A stretch of DNA of 64,000 bases. It comes from Ferruginibacter sp. Lineage in GTDB: Bacteria > Bacteroidota > Bacteroidia > Chitinophagales > Chitinophagaceae. A model generated the notes under the pieces. It was not told the origin of the DNA, did not search any database, and saw nothing but the letters and a program-made list of their open reading frames with translations. Below, piece by piece: positions 1-8,340 of this stretch. The DNA lies in assembly GCA_016786725.1 (NCBI GenBank), contig JAEUVU010000005.1, positions 270-64,269 of the forward strand. The letters run 5' to 3'. The translations under genes were made by a program, and so were the position numbers. The first letter of the stretch is position 1, and the number at the start of each line of letters is the position of its first letter.

Positions 1-1020
1 GATGAAAACCTTTAAATAAAAATCATTGCTGAGTTCGGTGTCGGTTTGGTGATAAATTTTTTTGTACTCATATTGGTAATTGTAGCCAAGAGCAGAAATA
101 TCGCTTAATACTGCAGAGGCTGTTGGAAATGCACCGGCGCCCTTCCCTTTAAAGAAATGTTCATCTGCAAAAGTGCTTTCAGTTGTAAGGGCGTTGAATT
201 CGTTTTGTACATGATAGAGATTGTCTGACTGTGTTACAAATTGTGGCAAAACAAAGGCAGCCAGTGTGCCATTCTCTAATTTTTTTGCGGTTGCTACCAG
301 TTTGATGCTTTGCTTTTTTTCTTTGGCCACAATGGCATCAGGTAATGAAATATTCTCAATCCCATTAAAAATAAAATCGCCTGGCTTAGCAATTACACCA
401 AAGGAGTGAGCCAGTAAAATACTGAGTTTGTTTGCTGCATCAAACCCGCCGATATCCAGTTTGGGATTGCTTTCTGCAAAACCGAGTTGTTGTGCCAGGG
501 TTAATGCAGCTTTAAACTCCAGTTGTTCTTCCTGTATTTTGGTAAGGATGAAATTGGTAGAACCGTTGATGATTCCACGGATAGATTTCAGCAGGTCGTT
601 GTCATAATATTCTTCCAGGTTGCGAACGATGGGCATGCTGGCGCAACAAGCGGCTTCGTAAAGTAAAGCAGTTTTATTTTCCTGTTGCAACTGCAGCAAT
701 TCTTCAAAATGCGCAGCGATCATTTTTTTATTGGCGCTTACAACCGATTTACCTTTTTGTAATGCTGCCTTTACAATTTCGTAAGCTGCATTGGCATCGT
801 CAATAAGTTCAACAACAACATTGATGCTATCGTCATTCAGTATTTCATTTGCATCGGTTGAAAAATTTTCAGCAGCAATGCTTCTTTTCTTTTCAGGATT
901 TTTTATGACTATTTTTTTGATAGATGCCTGCAATGTTGGTGTGGTGTGTAACACATCGTAAAGGCCTTTGCCTACTACACCAAAACCAAAGAGTCCGATA
1001 TTGAGTTGTTTGTTTGCCAT
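1..1020 (-). CDS. hom: homoserine dehydrogenase (N-terminal ~340 codons; C-terminus runs off the left edge)
   Basis: Open minus-strand frame from ATG 1020-1018 to the window edge; absent from the ORF track because no stop lies in the window. My translation starts MANKQLNIGLFGFGVVGKGLYDVL (GxGxxG Rossmann) and contains SANKKMIA, LLYEAACCASMPIV and INGSTNFILT blocks. It lies downstream of the riboswitch-controlled Met gene. Confidence 0.8.
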   Translation of the reverse strand, partial: MANKQLNIGLFGFGVVGKGLYDVLHTTPTLQASIKKIVIKNPEKKRSIAAENFSTDANEILNDDSINVVVELIDDANAAYEIVKAALQKGKSVVSANKKMIAAHFEELLQLQQENKTALLYEAACCASMPIVRNLEEYYDNDLLKSIRGIINGSTNFILTKIQEEQLEFKAALTLAQQLGFAESNPKLDIGGFDAANKLSILLAHSFGVIAKPGDFIFNGIENISLPDAIVAKEKKQSIKLVATAKKLENGTLAAFVLPQFVTQSDNLYHVQNEFNALTTESTFADEHFFKGKGAGAFPTASAVLSDISALGYNYQYEYKKIYHQTDTELSNDFYLKVFI

Positions 1021-1021
1021 A

Positions 1022-1068
1022 GCCTCACCCCAACCCCTCTCCAAAGGAGAGGGAACCCGAAGGGGGAT
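1022..1068. repeat. GC-rich hairpin repeat (CCTCACCCC arm plus 8-bp hairpin CCCTCTCC-AAA-GGAGAGGG at 1035-1053)
   Basis: Direct reading. Related CCTCACCCC / GGGGTGAGG arms occur at 8331-8340 and 32002-32010. It fills the spacer between hom and the upstream PLP-enzyme gene. Confidence 0.6.
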
Positions 1069-1169
1069 CGTTTTAATTGTTAAGAATTCTTTTTAAAAAA
1101 TATGCTTTCGTTTAGATAAAAATTCAGTAATGCTAAAAAAACACAAGTGAGTGACACAACGATGCTGGG

Positions 1170-2351
1170 CTATGCACTTAAGCTTGTTACAAAATTTTCC
1201 TTTTCTGTTTTAAGTTTTGAGAAAGCCTGTTCTAGATCGTTGATAAGATCATCCACCTCTTCCAGTCCAACACTAAGCCTTATAAGGCTGTCAGCTACAC
1301 CGGCGGCACGCCGCTTTTCAGCAGGAATGCTTTTGTGCGTCATTTGTGCAGGATGGCAAAGCAGGCTTTTTACACCGCCCAAACTTTCGGCCAGTTTAAA
1401 ATACTGGGTGTTGGTTACAAAATCTGTTGCAGCTTTTTCTGTATCATTCTTTAAAGTGAAAGAAACGATACCGCCAAAACCTTTGCTTTGTTTTTTTGCT
1501 ATTTCGTGGTTGAAATGATTTTTTAAACCCGGATAATAAACTTTATCAACTGCAGGATTTGTTTCTAAATATTCAGCAACAGCCTGTGCATTGCGGCAAT
1601 GTTGTTGCACACGCAGGTGCAATGTTTCAATCCCACGTATAACCAGCCAGCTATCGAAAGGAGCCAGGATAGCACCGCTGGCATTTTGTATGAATTTTAT
1701 TTTTTCGCCCAGCTCTTTTTCTTTGGTAACAACAAGCCCTGCGATAAGATCACTATGGCCCCCTAAATATTTAGTGGCGCTGTGAATCACAATATCAGCT
1801 CCCAGCGTGAGAGGCTGTTGTAAGGCTGGCGATGCAAAAGTGTTATCCACGCAAAGCAAACACCCATGGGCCTTTGCCGCCTGTGCAATGGCCCGTATGT
1901 CGCTTACTTTTAATGTTGGATTGGTTGGAGTTTCTAACCAGATCAGTTTTGTATTTGGAGTTAATGCGTTGAAAACATTGGCTGCATCGGTTGTATCAAC
2001 ATAGTTTACAGTGATGCCGAATTTTTCGTAGATGTGAGTGAAGAGACGAAAGGCGCCACCATAGATATCATCAACTGCAACGATCTCGTCGCCGGCTTTT
2101 AAAAGTTTTACCACCGCATCAATGGCTGCAAGCCCGCTGCCGAAAGCAACGCCCACGCTTCCTTTTTCAAGATTGGTAATAATGTCTTCTAAAGTTCCTC
2201 TTGTTGGGTTATTACTACGGGCATAATCATATCCTTTGTTTACACCGGGTGCTTCCTGCACATACGTACTTGTTTGATAAATGGGAACACTGATTGCTCC
2301 GGTTAATGGATCTACGGGAATACAGTGGATCACTTGTGTTGCGTTGCTCAT
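1170..2351 (-). CDS. Cys/Met-metabolism PLP enzyme (cystathionine gamma-synthase / beta-lyase family)
   Basis: ORF 1170..2402 trimmed to ATG 2351 (MSNATQVIH). Has the PLP-lysine motif HSATKYLGGHSD and the YARSNNPTR block. A SAM-I riboswitch lies directly upstream. Confidence 0.88.
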   Translation of the reverse strand: MSNATQVIHCIPVDPLTGAISVPIYQTSTYVQEAPGVNKGYDYARSNNPTRGTLEDIITNLEKGSVGVAFGSGLAAIDAVVKLLKAGDEIVAVDDIYGGAFRLFTHIYEKFGITVNYVDTTDAANVFNALTPNTKLIWLETPTNPTLKVSDIRAIAQAAKAHGCLLCVDNTFASPALQQPLTLGADIVIHSATKYLGGHSDLIAGLVVTKEKELGEKIKFIQNASGAILAPFDSWLVIRGIETLHLRVQQHCRNAQAVAEYLETNPAVDKVYYPGLKNHFNHEIAKKQSKGFGGIVSFTLKNDTEKAATDFVTNTQYFKLAESLGGVKSLLCHPAQMTHKSIPAEKRRAAGVADSLIRLSVGLEEVDDLINDLEQAFSKLKTEKENFVTSLSA

Positions 2352-2446
2352 CTTGTTATTTTTTAATTTTTGATGAATGATTGTTATACAGGTTCTGAAC
2401 AATCACTTAACAAGTGAGCAAGGTTACCGGAGGAGTTTTTGTGTTA

Positions 2447-2478
2447 GCCGCCGTCGGGGTTTTCAACCGCCGACGGGG
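2447..2478. repeat. CCGNCGG-word repeat around GGTTTTCAACC (same family as 37357-37430)
   Basis: GCCGCCGTCGGGGTTTTCAACCGCCGACGGGG. CCGTCGG and CCGACGG are complementary. The 11-mer GGTTTTCAACC (2458-2468) recurs at 37410-37420. Confidence 0.6.
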
Positions 2479-2482
2479 CATT

Positions 2483-2657
2483 AAAAAAGCTCATCCGGTA
2501 AATCAGATGAGCTTTGAATATTTTGAAGTATTTGTAAGCTTTGAATCTGACTTATCTTTCCCTAAAATCGGGATGGAATTGGCACCTTTTCCCGGTTAAA
2601 CCGGGATAGGTTGTCAAGGCTTCAGCGGGCCATTACCCTCTGCCTTTCTTGATAAGT
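2483..2657 (-). promoter_or_regulatory. SAM-I (S-box) riboswitch with intrinsic terminator
   Basis: Minus strand reads ACTTATCAAGAAAGGCAGAGGGTAATGGCCCGCTGAAGCCTTGACAACC...AAAGGTGCCAATTCCATCCCGATTTTAGGGAAAGATAAGT. This matches the conserved SAM-I core (UUAUCAAGAG, GAGGGA, GGCCC, UGAAGCC, GGUGCCAAUUCC, P1 closing AGAUAAG). It is followed by the hairpin AAAGCTCATC-loop-GATGAGCTTTTTT (2483-2515). It sits upstream of Met-pathway genes. Confidence 0.9.
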
Positions 2658-2676
2658 GATAATTAAAGAACTGGTA

Positions 2677-2684
2677 CAAAGATA
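2677..2684 (-). promoter_or_regulatory. candidate Bacteroidota -7 promoter box TATCTTTG
   Basis: Exact TAnnTTTG match on the minus strand, about 20 nt upstream of the riboswitch P1 stem. Confidence 0.45.
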
Positions 2685-2769
2685 ATGGCGGAATTTTCAA
2701 ACAACCAAATAAAATCTGCACAATAATTTATAAAAAATTTAAAACGCTTTACTGTAAAGGGTTTTGGGG

Positions 2770-3324
2770 CTAAAATTTTTTTATGTTTTTCTTCATCCAT
2801 TCTTCCTGGGAAGCTGCCGATTGTTCAAAGGTGATAAGTTTGGCAATTTTTTCCTGCCCGTTTATGATGGACTTTGTTACCATTTTGTGTTCGATCGCTT
2901 CCTCTTCCTTCATGCCGATCATTTTTATGAGCGGAATAATTTTATCGCTGCCGAAATGCCTGAACAAAGGCTCATCCAGGGCGCTGTACACCACAATTTT
3001 TTTTGCATCCCAGTTTTTGATGAGGTCAATCTCTTTGGTATGCAAAGGATAATGTTCAACAAATACCGGTGTTTTGCCGATGAGTTTGGATGTATGCAGG
3101 TGATGTGTATCAACAATTAAATTTTCATCCAGGCTTTGCTGCCTGAAAAATTCTCTGAATTTAGCAGCGGTGTCAGCAAACCAGCATATGAATAAAACAG
3201 CGGGTTCTTTTTTGGCAAATTCAACACAGGCTTTCAGTTTGGCTTCTGTCGAAACATAAGCCCGGTCTACAAAAACATGTTCTTCTGCCTCCTCATCCTT
3301 CTTTCCAAATAAATTAAATAACAT
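2770..3324 (-). CDS. hypothetical protein (184 aa)
   Basis: Clean ATG-initiated ORF filling the gap between the riboswitch region and uvrA. No motif I recognise. Confidence 0.6.
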   Translation of the reverse strand: MLFNLFGKKDEEAEEHVFVDRAYVSTEAKLKACVEFAKKEPAVLFICWFADTAAKFREFFRQQSLDENLIVDTHHLHTSKLIGKTPVFVEHYPLHTKEIDLIKNWDAKKIVVYSALDEPLFRHFGSDKIIPLIKMIGMKEEEAIEHKMVTKSIINGQEKIAKLITFEQSAASQEEWMKKNIKKF

Positions 3325-3416
3325 ACGTTTAATTGAGTATCAAATTTACATAACTAAGTTTCGTTCAACAAATCAATGCTCAATTTGTTAGTATCTTTAC
3401 AGTAAGTAAATAAATA

Positions 3417-6284
3417 ATGGCAAAAGTTAAGAAAGCTTCTATAGAAGAAACTATTGATAAAGATTTTATTGAAGTATTTGGGGCAAAGGAACACAACCTT
3501 AAAGATGTTGACATCAAAATTCCCAAGAACAAACTGGTTGTTTTTACCGGTGTGAGCGGCAGTGGAAAATCTTCGCTGGCCTTTGATACCATTTACAACG
3601 AAGGGCAGCGCAGGTACATGGAAAGTTTTAGTGCCTATGCCCGGCAGTTTGTGGGAGATATGGAACGGCCCGATGTAGATAAGATCACTGGCCTTTCTCC
3701 TGTAATTTCTATTGAACAAAAAACAACCAACAAAAATCCACGCAGTACTGTTGGAACGGTTACAGAAATTTATGATTTCCTCCGCCTGCTGTATGCAAGG
3801 GTGGGAGAGGCTTACAGCTACAACACCGGCAAAAAGATGGTGAAGTTCAGCGAAGAAGAAATTGTAAACAACATCTTTGAAAAATTTAAGGATAAAAAGA
3901 TTAGTTTACTGGCGCCTTTGATAAGAGGAAGAAAAGGGCATTACCGGGAACTGTTTGAAGACATCCGCAAGAAAGGGTATTTAAAAGTGAGGGTTGATGG
4001 TGAAGTGATGGACCTGAAACCGAGGATGCAGGTTGACCGGTATAAGATACATGATATTGAAGTGGTGGTTGACAGGATGGCTGTTACGGATGATATGAGA
4101 GTGAGGTTGAGCCAAAGCGTACAGAAAACTTTACAGCTTGGTAAAGAACTGATGTTTCTGCTGATCAATGACGATGATAAAGTGGTGCAGTACAGCAAGC
4201 AACTGATGTGTGAAGAAACAGGGATTAGTTACGAAGAACCATCGCCCAATGCATTTTCATTCAATTCGCCTTATGGTGCCTGCGCTACCTGCAGGGGCTT
4301 GGGTAATGTTTATACTATTGATATGGATGAAGTATTACCTGATACTTCTAAAACAGTTGCAGAGGGAGGTATTGCCCCGCTTGGCGAAGAAAGAGATGCA
4401 AGTGTTTACCAACAGGTGGTTGCATTTGCAAAAAAACATAAGATCAACCTGAAAAAGCCAGTCAGGGATTTACCCAAAGCACAACTCGATCTGCTCTTAT
4501 ATGGCGACCAGGGAATTAACCCTGACCTCGAATTGGATATGAGTGATGAAACCGTGCCGCAGGAATATACCGGGAGTTATGAAGGAATTATTCCCATGCT
4601 TAAAAGATGGTTTGGCTCTGCACAAAGCACCGACGGTTTGCGCAGCTGGGTAGAAGGGTATATGCAGCTGGCACCCTGCCCGTCATGCAACGGAACAAGA
4701 ATAAAAAAAGAGAGCCTTTGGTTTAAAATTGATAAAAGGAATATTGCTGAACTAAGCAATTTAAATTTAGATAATCTTGCCGCATGGTTTGATGGAATAG
4801 AATTGCGCCTGAGCGATAAGCAAAATGCAATTGCCAAAGATGTTTTAAAAGAGATAAGAGAGCGTTTGCAATTTTTGCTTGATGTCGGTCTTACATATCT
4901 TTCCCTCAACAGGTCCTCTAAAAGCCTTAGTGGCGGCGAATCACAACGTATCAGGCTGGCTACACAGATCGGATCTCAGCTTCAGGGCATTACTTATATT
5001 TTAGATGAGCCTAGTATTGGCTTGCATCAAAGGGATAACCAACGGTTGATAACGGCTTTACGGAATTTGAGAGATATCGGCAACAGCGTTTTGGTGGTTG
5101 AGCACGACAAGGATATTATGCTGGCATCTGATTACTTAGTTGATATAGGCCCGAAGGCCGGTAAGCATGGCGGTGAAATTGTGGCGATGGGAACCCCGCA
5201 AACGATTTTAGATTCTAATTCAGAAACATCTCAGTATTTATTGGGAACAAAAAGTATTGCTGTACCAGAAGAAAGGAGAAAAGGAAACGGAAAGTTTATT
5301 GAATTAAAAGGGGTGAAGGGAAATAATTTACGGAACGTGGATGTTAAATTTCCCCTGGGTAAATTGATATTGGTTACCGGTGTAAGCGGCAGCGGCAAAT
5401 CAACCTTAATAAATGAAACACTATACCCGTTGCTGAGTAAGTATTGCTATGATTCAAAAGCAAACCCACTGGAGTATAAAACTATAAAGGGTTTGGAGCA
5501 GATAGATAAAGTGATTGAAATTGATCAGAGCCCCATTGGAAGAACGCCGAGAAGCAACCCGGCAACTTACTGCGGATTCTTTACTGATATAAGAACTTTG
5601 TTTGCGATGGTGCCCGAAGCAAAAATAAGGGGCTATACAGCAGGCCGCTTTTCTTTTAATGTAAAAAGCGGCAGGTGCGATGTTTGCGAGGGTGGTGGTA
5701 TGAGAGTTATCGAAATGAATTTTTTACCCGATGTACATGTGCATTGCGAAAAATGCAATGGCAGAAGATACAACCGGGAAACACTGGAGATCCGCTACAA
5801 AGGAAAATCCATCAGCGATGTGCTGGATATGACGGTTGACGAAGCAGTTGAATTTTTTCAGGCAGTGCCATACATCTACCGTAAAATAAAAGTGCTGCAG
5901 GATGTTGGGCTTGGCTATATAACACTTGGCCAAAGCGCTGTAACCTTGAGTGGCGGCGAAGCACAACGTGTTAAACTTTCTACCGAGCTGGGTAAAAAAG
6001 ATACCGGTAAAACATTTTACATACTGGATGAACCCACAACCGGGCTTCACTTCCAGGATATAAAACTTTTGCTTGATGTAATAAATAAACTTGTTGACAG
6101 GGGCAATACCGTACTGGTAATTGAGCACAATTTAGATGTAATAAAAGTAGCCGATCATATTATTGATATCGGGCCAGAAGGTGGCGATGGCGGTGGCAGG
6201 GTTTTATTTGAAGGGGTACCGGAAGAACTGGTAAAAGTGAAAGAAAGTTTTACCGGGAAATATTTAGAGCCTGAGCTTGTTTAG
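3417..6284 (+). CDS. uvrA: excinuclease ABC subunit A
   Basis: 955 aa with two ABC modules (GVSGSGKSSL and GVSGSGKSTL Walker A; two LSGGE signatures) and CxxC zinc-finger pairs (CATCRG, CPSCNG, CDVCEG, CEKCNG). Confidence 0.97.
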   Translation: MAKVKKASIEETIDKDFIEVFGAKEHNLKDVDIKIPKNKLVVFTGVSGSGKSSLAFDTIYNEGQRRYMESFSAYARQFVGDMERPDVDKITGLSPVISIEQKTTNKNPRSTVGTVTEIYDFLRLLYARVGEAYSYNTGKKMVKFSEEEIVNNIFEKFKDKKISLLAPLIRGRKGHYRELFEDIRKKGYLKVRVDGEVMDLKPRMQVDRYKIHDIEVVVDRMAVTDDMRVRLSQSVQKTLQLGKELMFLLINDDDKVVQYSKQLMCEETGISYEEPSPNAFSFNSPYGACATCRGLGNVYTIDMDEVLPDTSKTVAEGGIAPLGEERDASVYQQVVAFAKKHKINLKKPVRDLPKAQLDLLLYGDQGINPDLELDMSDETVPQEYTGSYEGIIPMLKRWFGSAQSTDGLRSWVEGYMQLAPCPSCNGTRIKKESLWFKIDKRNIAELSNLNLDNLAAWFDGIELRLSDKQNAIAKDVLKEIRERLQFLLDVGLTYLSLNRSSKSLSGGESQRIRLATQIGSQLQGITYILDEPSIGLHQRDNQRLITALRNLRDIGNSVLVVEHDKDIMLASDYLVDIGPKAGKHGGEIVAMGTPQTILDSNSETSQYLLGTKSIAVPEERRKGNGKFIELKGVKGNNLRNVDVKFPLGKLILVTGVSGSGKSTLINETLYPLLSKYCYDSKANPLEYKTIKGLEQIDKVIEIDQSPIGRTPRSNPATYCGFFTDIRTLFAMVPEAKIRGYTAGRFSFNVKSGRCDVCEGGGMRVIEMNFLPDVHVHCEKCNGRRYNRETLEIRYKGKSISDVLDMTVDEAVEFFQAVPYIYRKIKVLQDVGLGYITLGQSAVTLSGGEAQRVKLSTELGKKDTGKTFYILDEPTTGLHFQDIKLLLDVINKLVDRGNTVLVIEHNLDVIKVADHIIDIGPEGGDGGGRVLFEGVPEELVKVKESFTGKYLEPELV

Positions 6285-6312
6285 GTCTCGCTTCGACTTC
6301 GCTCAGTACATG

Positions 6313-6353
6313 AAACCAAAAATCCATGCCTCATAAACATGGATTTTTGGTTT
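6313..6353 (+). terminator. 16-bp perfect hairpin downstream of uvrA
   Basis: AAACCAAAAATCCATG - 9 nt loop - CATGGATTTTTGGTTT, 29 nt after the uvrA stop. Confidence 0.6.
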
Positions 6354-6598
6354 AAAAAAGTGTAAGACATGTCAACGAAATCTAAATGTTGTGGTTTCAG
6401 GGGTAATCTTTGAATATAAAAATACTCATAGCTCCTCTTTGGGGTCAAACTTCTGTTGTATAACCTACACTTAATAAGGTTACTGTTATTTAAAAACTTC
6501 AAATACCACGATCACACAGATGGTAAAAAATAACACCACCTTGTAAGATCCGGGATTTAACTGGTAATTGTTACTCATGTTTTTATTTTTTATCAGTA

Positions 6599-7582
6599 TT
6601 AATAAAATTTCGGGCACCTTGTCTGCCTCATCACATTGCTTTGATTAACCGGCCCAAGGCGGATGCCTAATTTAAGTACCACAGAAAAATAAGTATCGCC
6701 ATCTTTTGAATCTCCTCTTTGCGTATCGGCAGGATACCTCGTCATGCCAGGATAAATAATGCCAATTGATTTGTCTGATAACTTGTAAGCCAATGCTGCA
6801 TCTGAGGCTGATAAGTATTTTGAATAGGTGTTAGGATCAATATAATTTCTGCTTACATCGTCAATATAATCTGTAAAAGTTTTCCTATACAAAAGTTCGG
6901 TACTTAAGTTTATACGTTCAGATGCATAATACTTTATGCCTGCGCCAATCGGTACGTTAAACTGAGTTAACTTATATGGTTTGCTCTCCGGGTATTCACT
7001 CATTCCCTGCCCTTCAAGTTTTAAAGGATGAAGTTTGTGCCAGGTTTTATTTCCTGATGCATCAGTAATAGAGCCTTGTGGATTAAAATGAAAGATACCT
7101 GCACCTATCAAACCATAAGGTCTTAGCTTAGGGCCATTTTCTGCACTTCCCCAAAACATCATGGTCGGAAAAATTTCGAATGCAGCATATGCTTCAAAAA
7201 TATTTGTCTTAAAATCAAGATTACGTTGTTTGCGCCAAAGCTCATCAATGCCGGTTGTATTAATAATATCATCGCTGCCTTCCAGGTAAGTTATATCGGC
7301 CGCAAGCCTTATACCCAGCCATTTATTGGGATATGCGGTTACAAAAACACCCTTCATCAGTTTGGTAAATTCAAGGTTCATATCCTTGATATTATTTGTT
7401 CCTTTACCGGAATTACCACCAAGGTCGCCTAAGAAAAAGCTGGGTCCGAAATTAAAACCTACTTCCCACTTGGTTTTTCCACCAAATATAAATGACTGTG
7501 AAAATGAATTGCTGATGATTGTGAAGCTTACCAGGAGCAACAGAAGATGCTTCCCCACAAATTTGTGTAAAAATGGCTTCAT
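6599..7582 (-). CDS. outer-membrane beta-barrel-like protein (327 aa)
   Basis: N-terminal signal peptide (LLLLVSFTIISNSFSQ), alternating aromatic/Gly beta-strand pattern, aromatic C-terminal residue. Confidence 0.6.
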   Translation of the reverse strand: MKPFLHKFVGKHLLLLLVSFTIISNSFSQSFIFGGKTKWEVGFNFGPSFFLGDLGGNSGKGTNNIKDMNLEFTKLMKGVFVTAYPNKWLGIRLAADITYLEGSDDIINTTGIDELWRKQRNLDFKTNIFEAYAAFEIFPTMMFWGSAENGPKLRPYGLIGAGIFHFNPQGSITDASGNKTWHKLHPLKLEGQGMSEYPESKPYKLTQFNVPIGAGIKYYASERINLSTELLYRKTFTDYIDDVSRNYIDPNTYSKYLSASDAALAYKLSDKSIGIIYPGMTRYPADTQRGDSKDGDTYFSVVLKLGIRLGPVNQSNVMRQTRCPKFY

Positions 7583-7722
7583 CAGAAATCGGATTTAGTC
7601 TTTCTAAGTTTATTGGATAATTGGCATGGCTATAACCCCAAACTGCCTTTAATGCAGCAGAAAAAGTACAAACCACAATCATAAAAACGGCAAAGAAGGA
7701 AAGATATTGCCTTAGCAGTAAA

Positions 7723-8172
7723 TTATTTATGTAATGTCATTTCAATATGCGGAATGTTATCTTCCAGGTATTCTGGCCCGCTTTGCACAAAGCCCAGCGA
7801 CTGGTAGAATTTTGTAAGATAAACCTGGGCGCCGATCTTGATGGTATCACAGTTAAACAGGCCGAAAGTACGGTCAATGCTTTCTTTCATCAGCTGCCTG
7901 CCTGCGCCGGTGCCGCGGTATGCAGGTGATGTTACCACCCGGCCGATGCTGGCTTCGGCATAGGAAATGCCCTGCGGAATTATACGGGTGTAGGCAACCA
8001 GTTTATCACCATCCCAGCCACAAAAGTGGAGTGATGCCTGGTCTTTATCATCAGCATCCTGGTACACACAATCCTGCTCCACCACAAAAACCTCATTCCG
8101 TAACTGCATTATTTTGTACAGTACTGCTGATGATAGTTCTTCAAATTTTTTTAAGGTCCAGTTTAATTGCAT
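7723..8172 (-). CDS. GNAT family N-acetyltransferase (ElaA-like)
   Basis: 149 aa. Acetyl-CoA motif A RVVTSPAYRGTGAGRQLM (Q/RxxGxG/A). The LRNEVFVVEQ block is typical of ElaA-type GNATs. Confidence 0.85.
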   Translation of the reverse strand: MQLNWTLKKFEELSSAVLYKIMQLRNEVFVVEQDCVYQDADDKDQASLHFCGWDGDKLVAYTRIIPQGISYAEASIGRVVTSPAYRGTGAGRQLMKESIDRTFGLFNCDTIKIGAQVYLTKFYQSLGFVQSGPEYLEDNIPHIEMTLHK

Positions 8173-8180
8173 GATGTAAA

Positions 8181-8208
8181 GCCCCCTCTATCTCCCCCGC
8201 AAGGGGAA
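8181..8208. repeat. G/C hairpin module, long subfamily (GCCCCCTCTATCTCCCCCGCAAGGGGAA)
   Basis: Direct reading. Near-identical layout to 46211-46239 and to the in-CDS copies at 21269 and 21428. Confidence 0.7.
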
Positions 8209-8284
8209 GAAATTTTGAAGATAAAAGCTGAGATGATGCTTTGCATAAAGTGTAATTTAAAAGATTAAAAGTTGCCCATTCCAG

Positions 8285-8340
8285 TTCCCTCTCCTTTGGA
8301 GTTCCTTGCAAAGGAACGAGCACAGCTCACTGGGGTGAGG
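8285..8340. repeat. composite GC-rich repeat (CTCC-TTT-GGAG and GTTCCTT-GCA-AAGGAAC hairpins plus a GGGGTGAGG arm)
   Basis: Direct reading. The GGGGTGAGG arm overlaps the last four codons (TSPQ) and stop of the 8327..9586 gene. Confidence 0.6.

Noticed and set aside
6281-6502. 73-aa minus-strand ORF in the uvrA-downstream spacer
   Set aside because: It spans the uvrA terminator hairpin and repeat sequence, and I saw no start-context or family signal.
8141-8323. 60-aa ORF (and the analogous ORF 46145..46336)
   Set aside because: These reading frames are merely translations of the GC hairpin repeats (VPLQGTPKERE, LPLAGEIEGA, FPSGEDRWG), so they are not genes.
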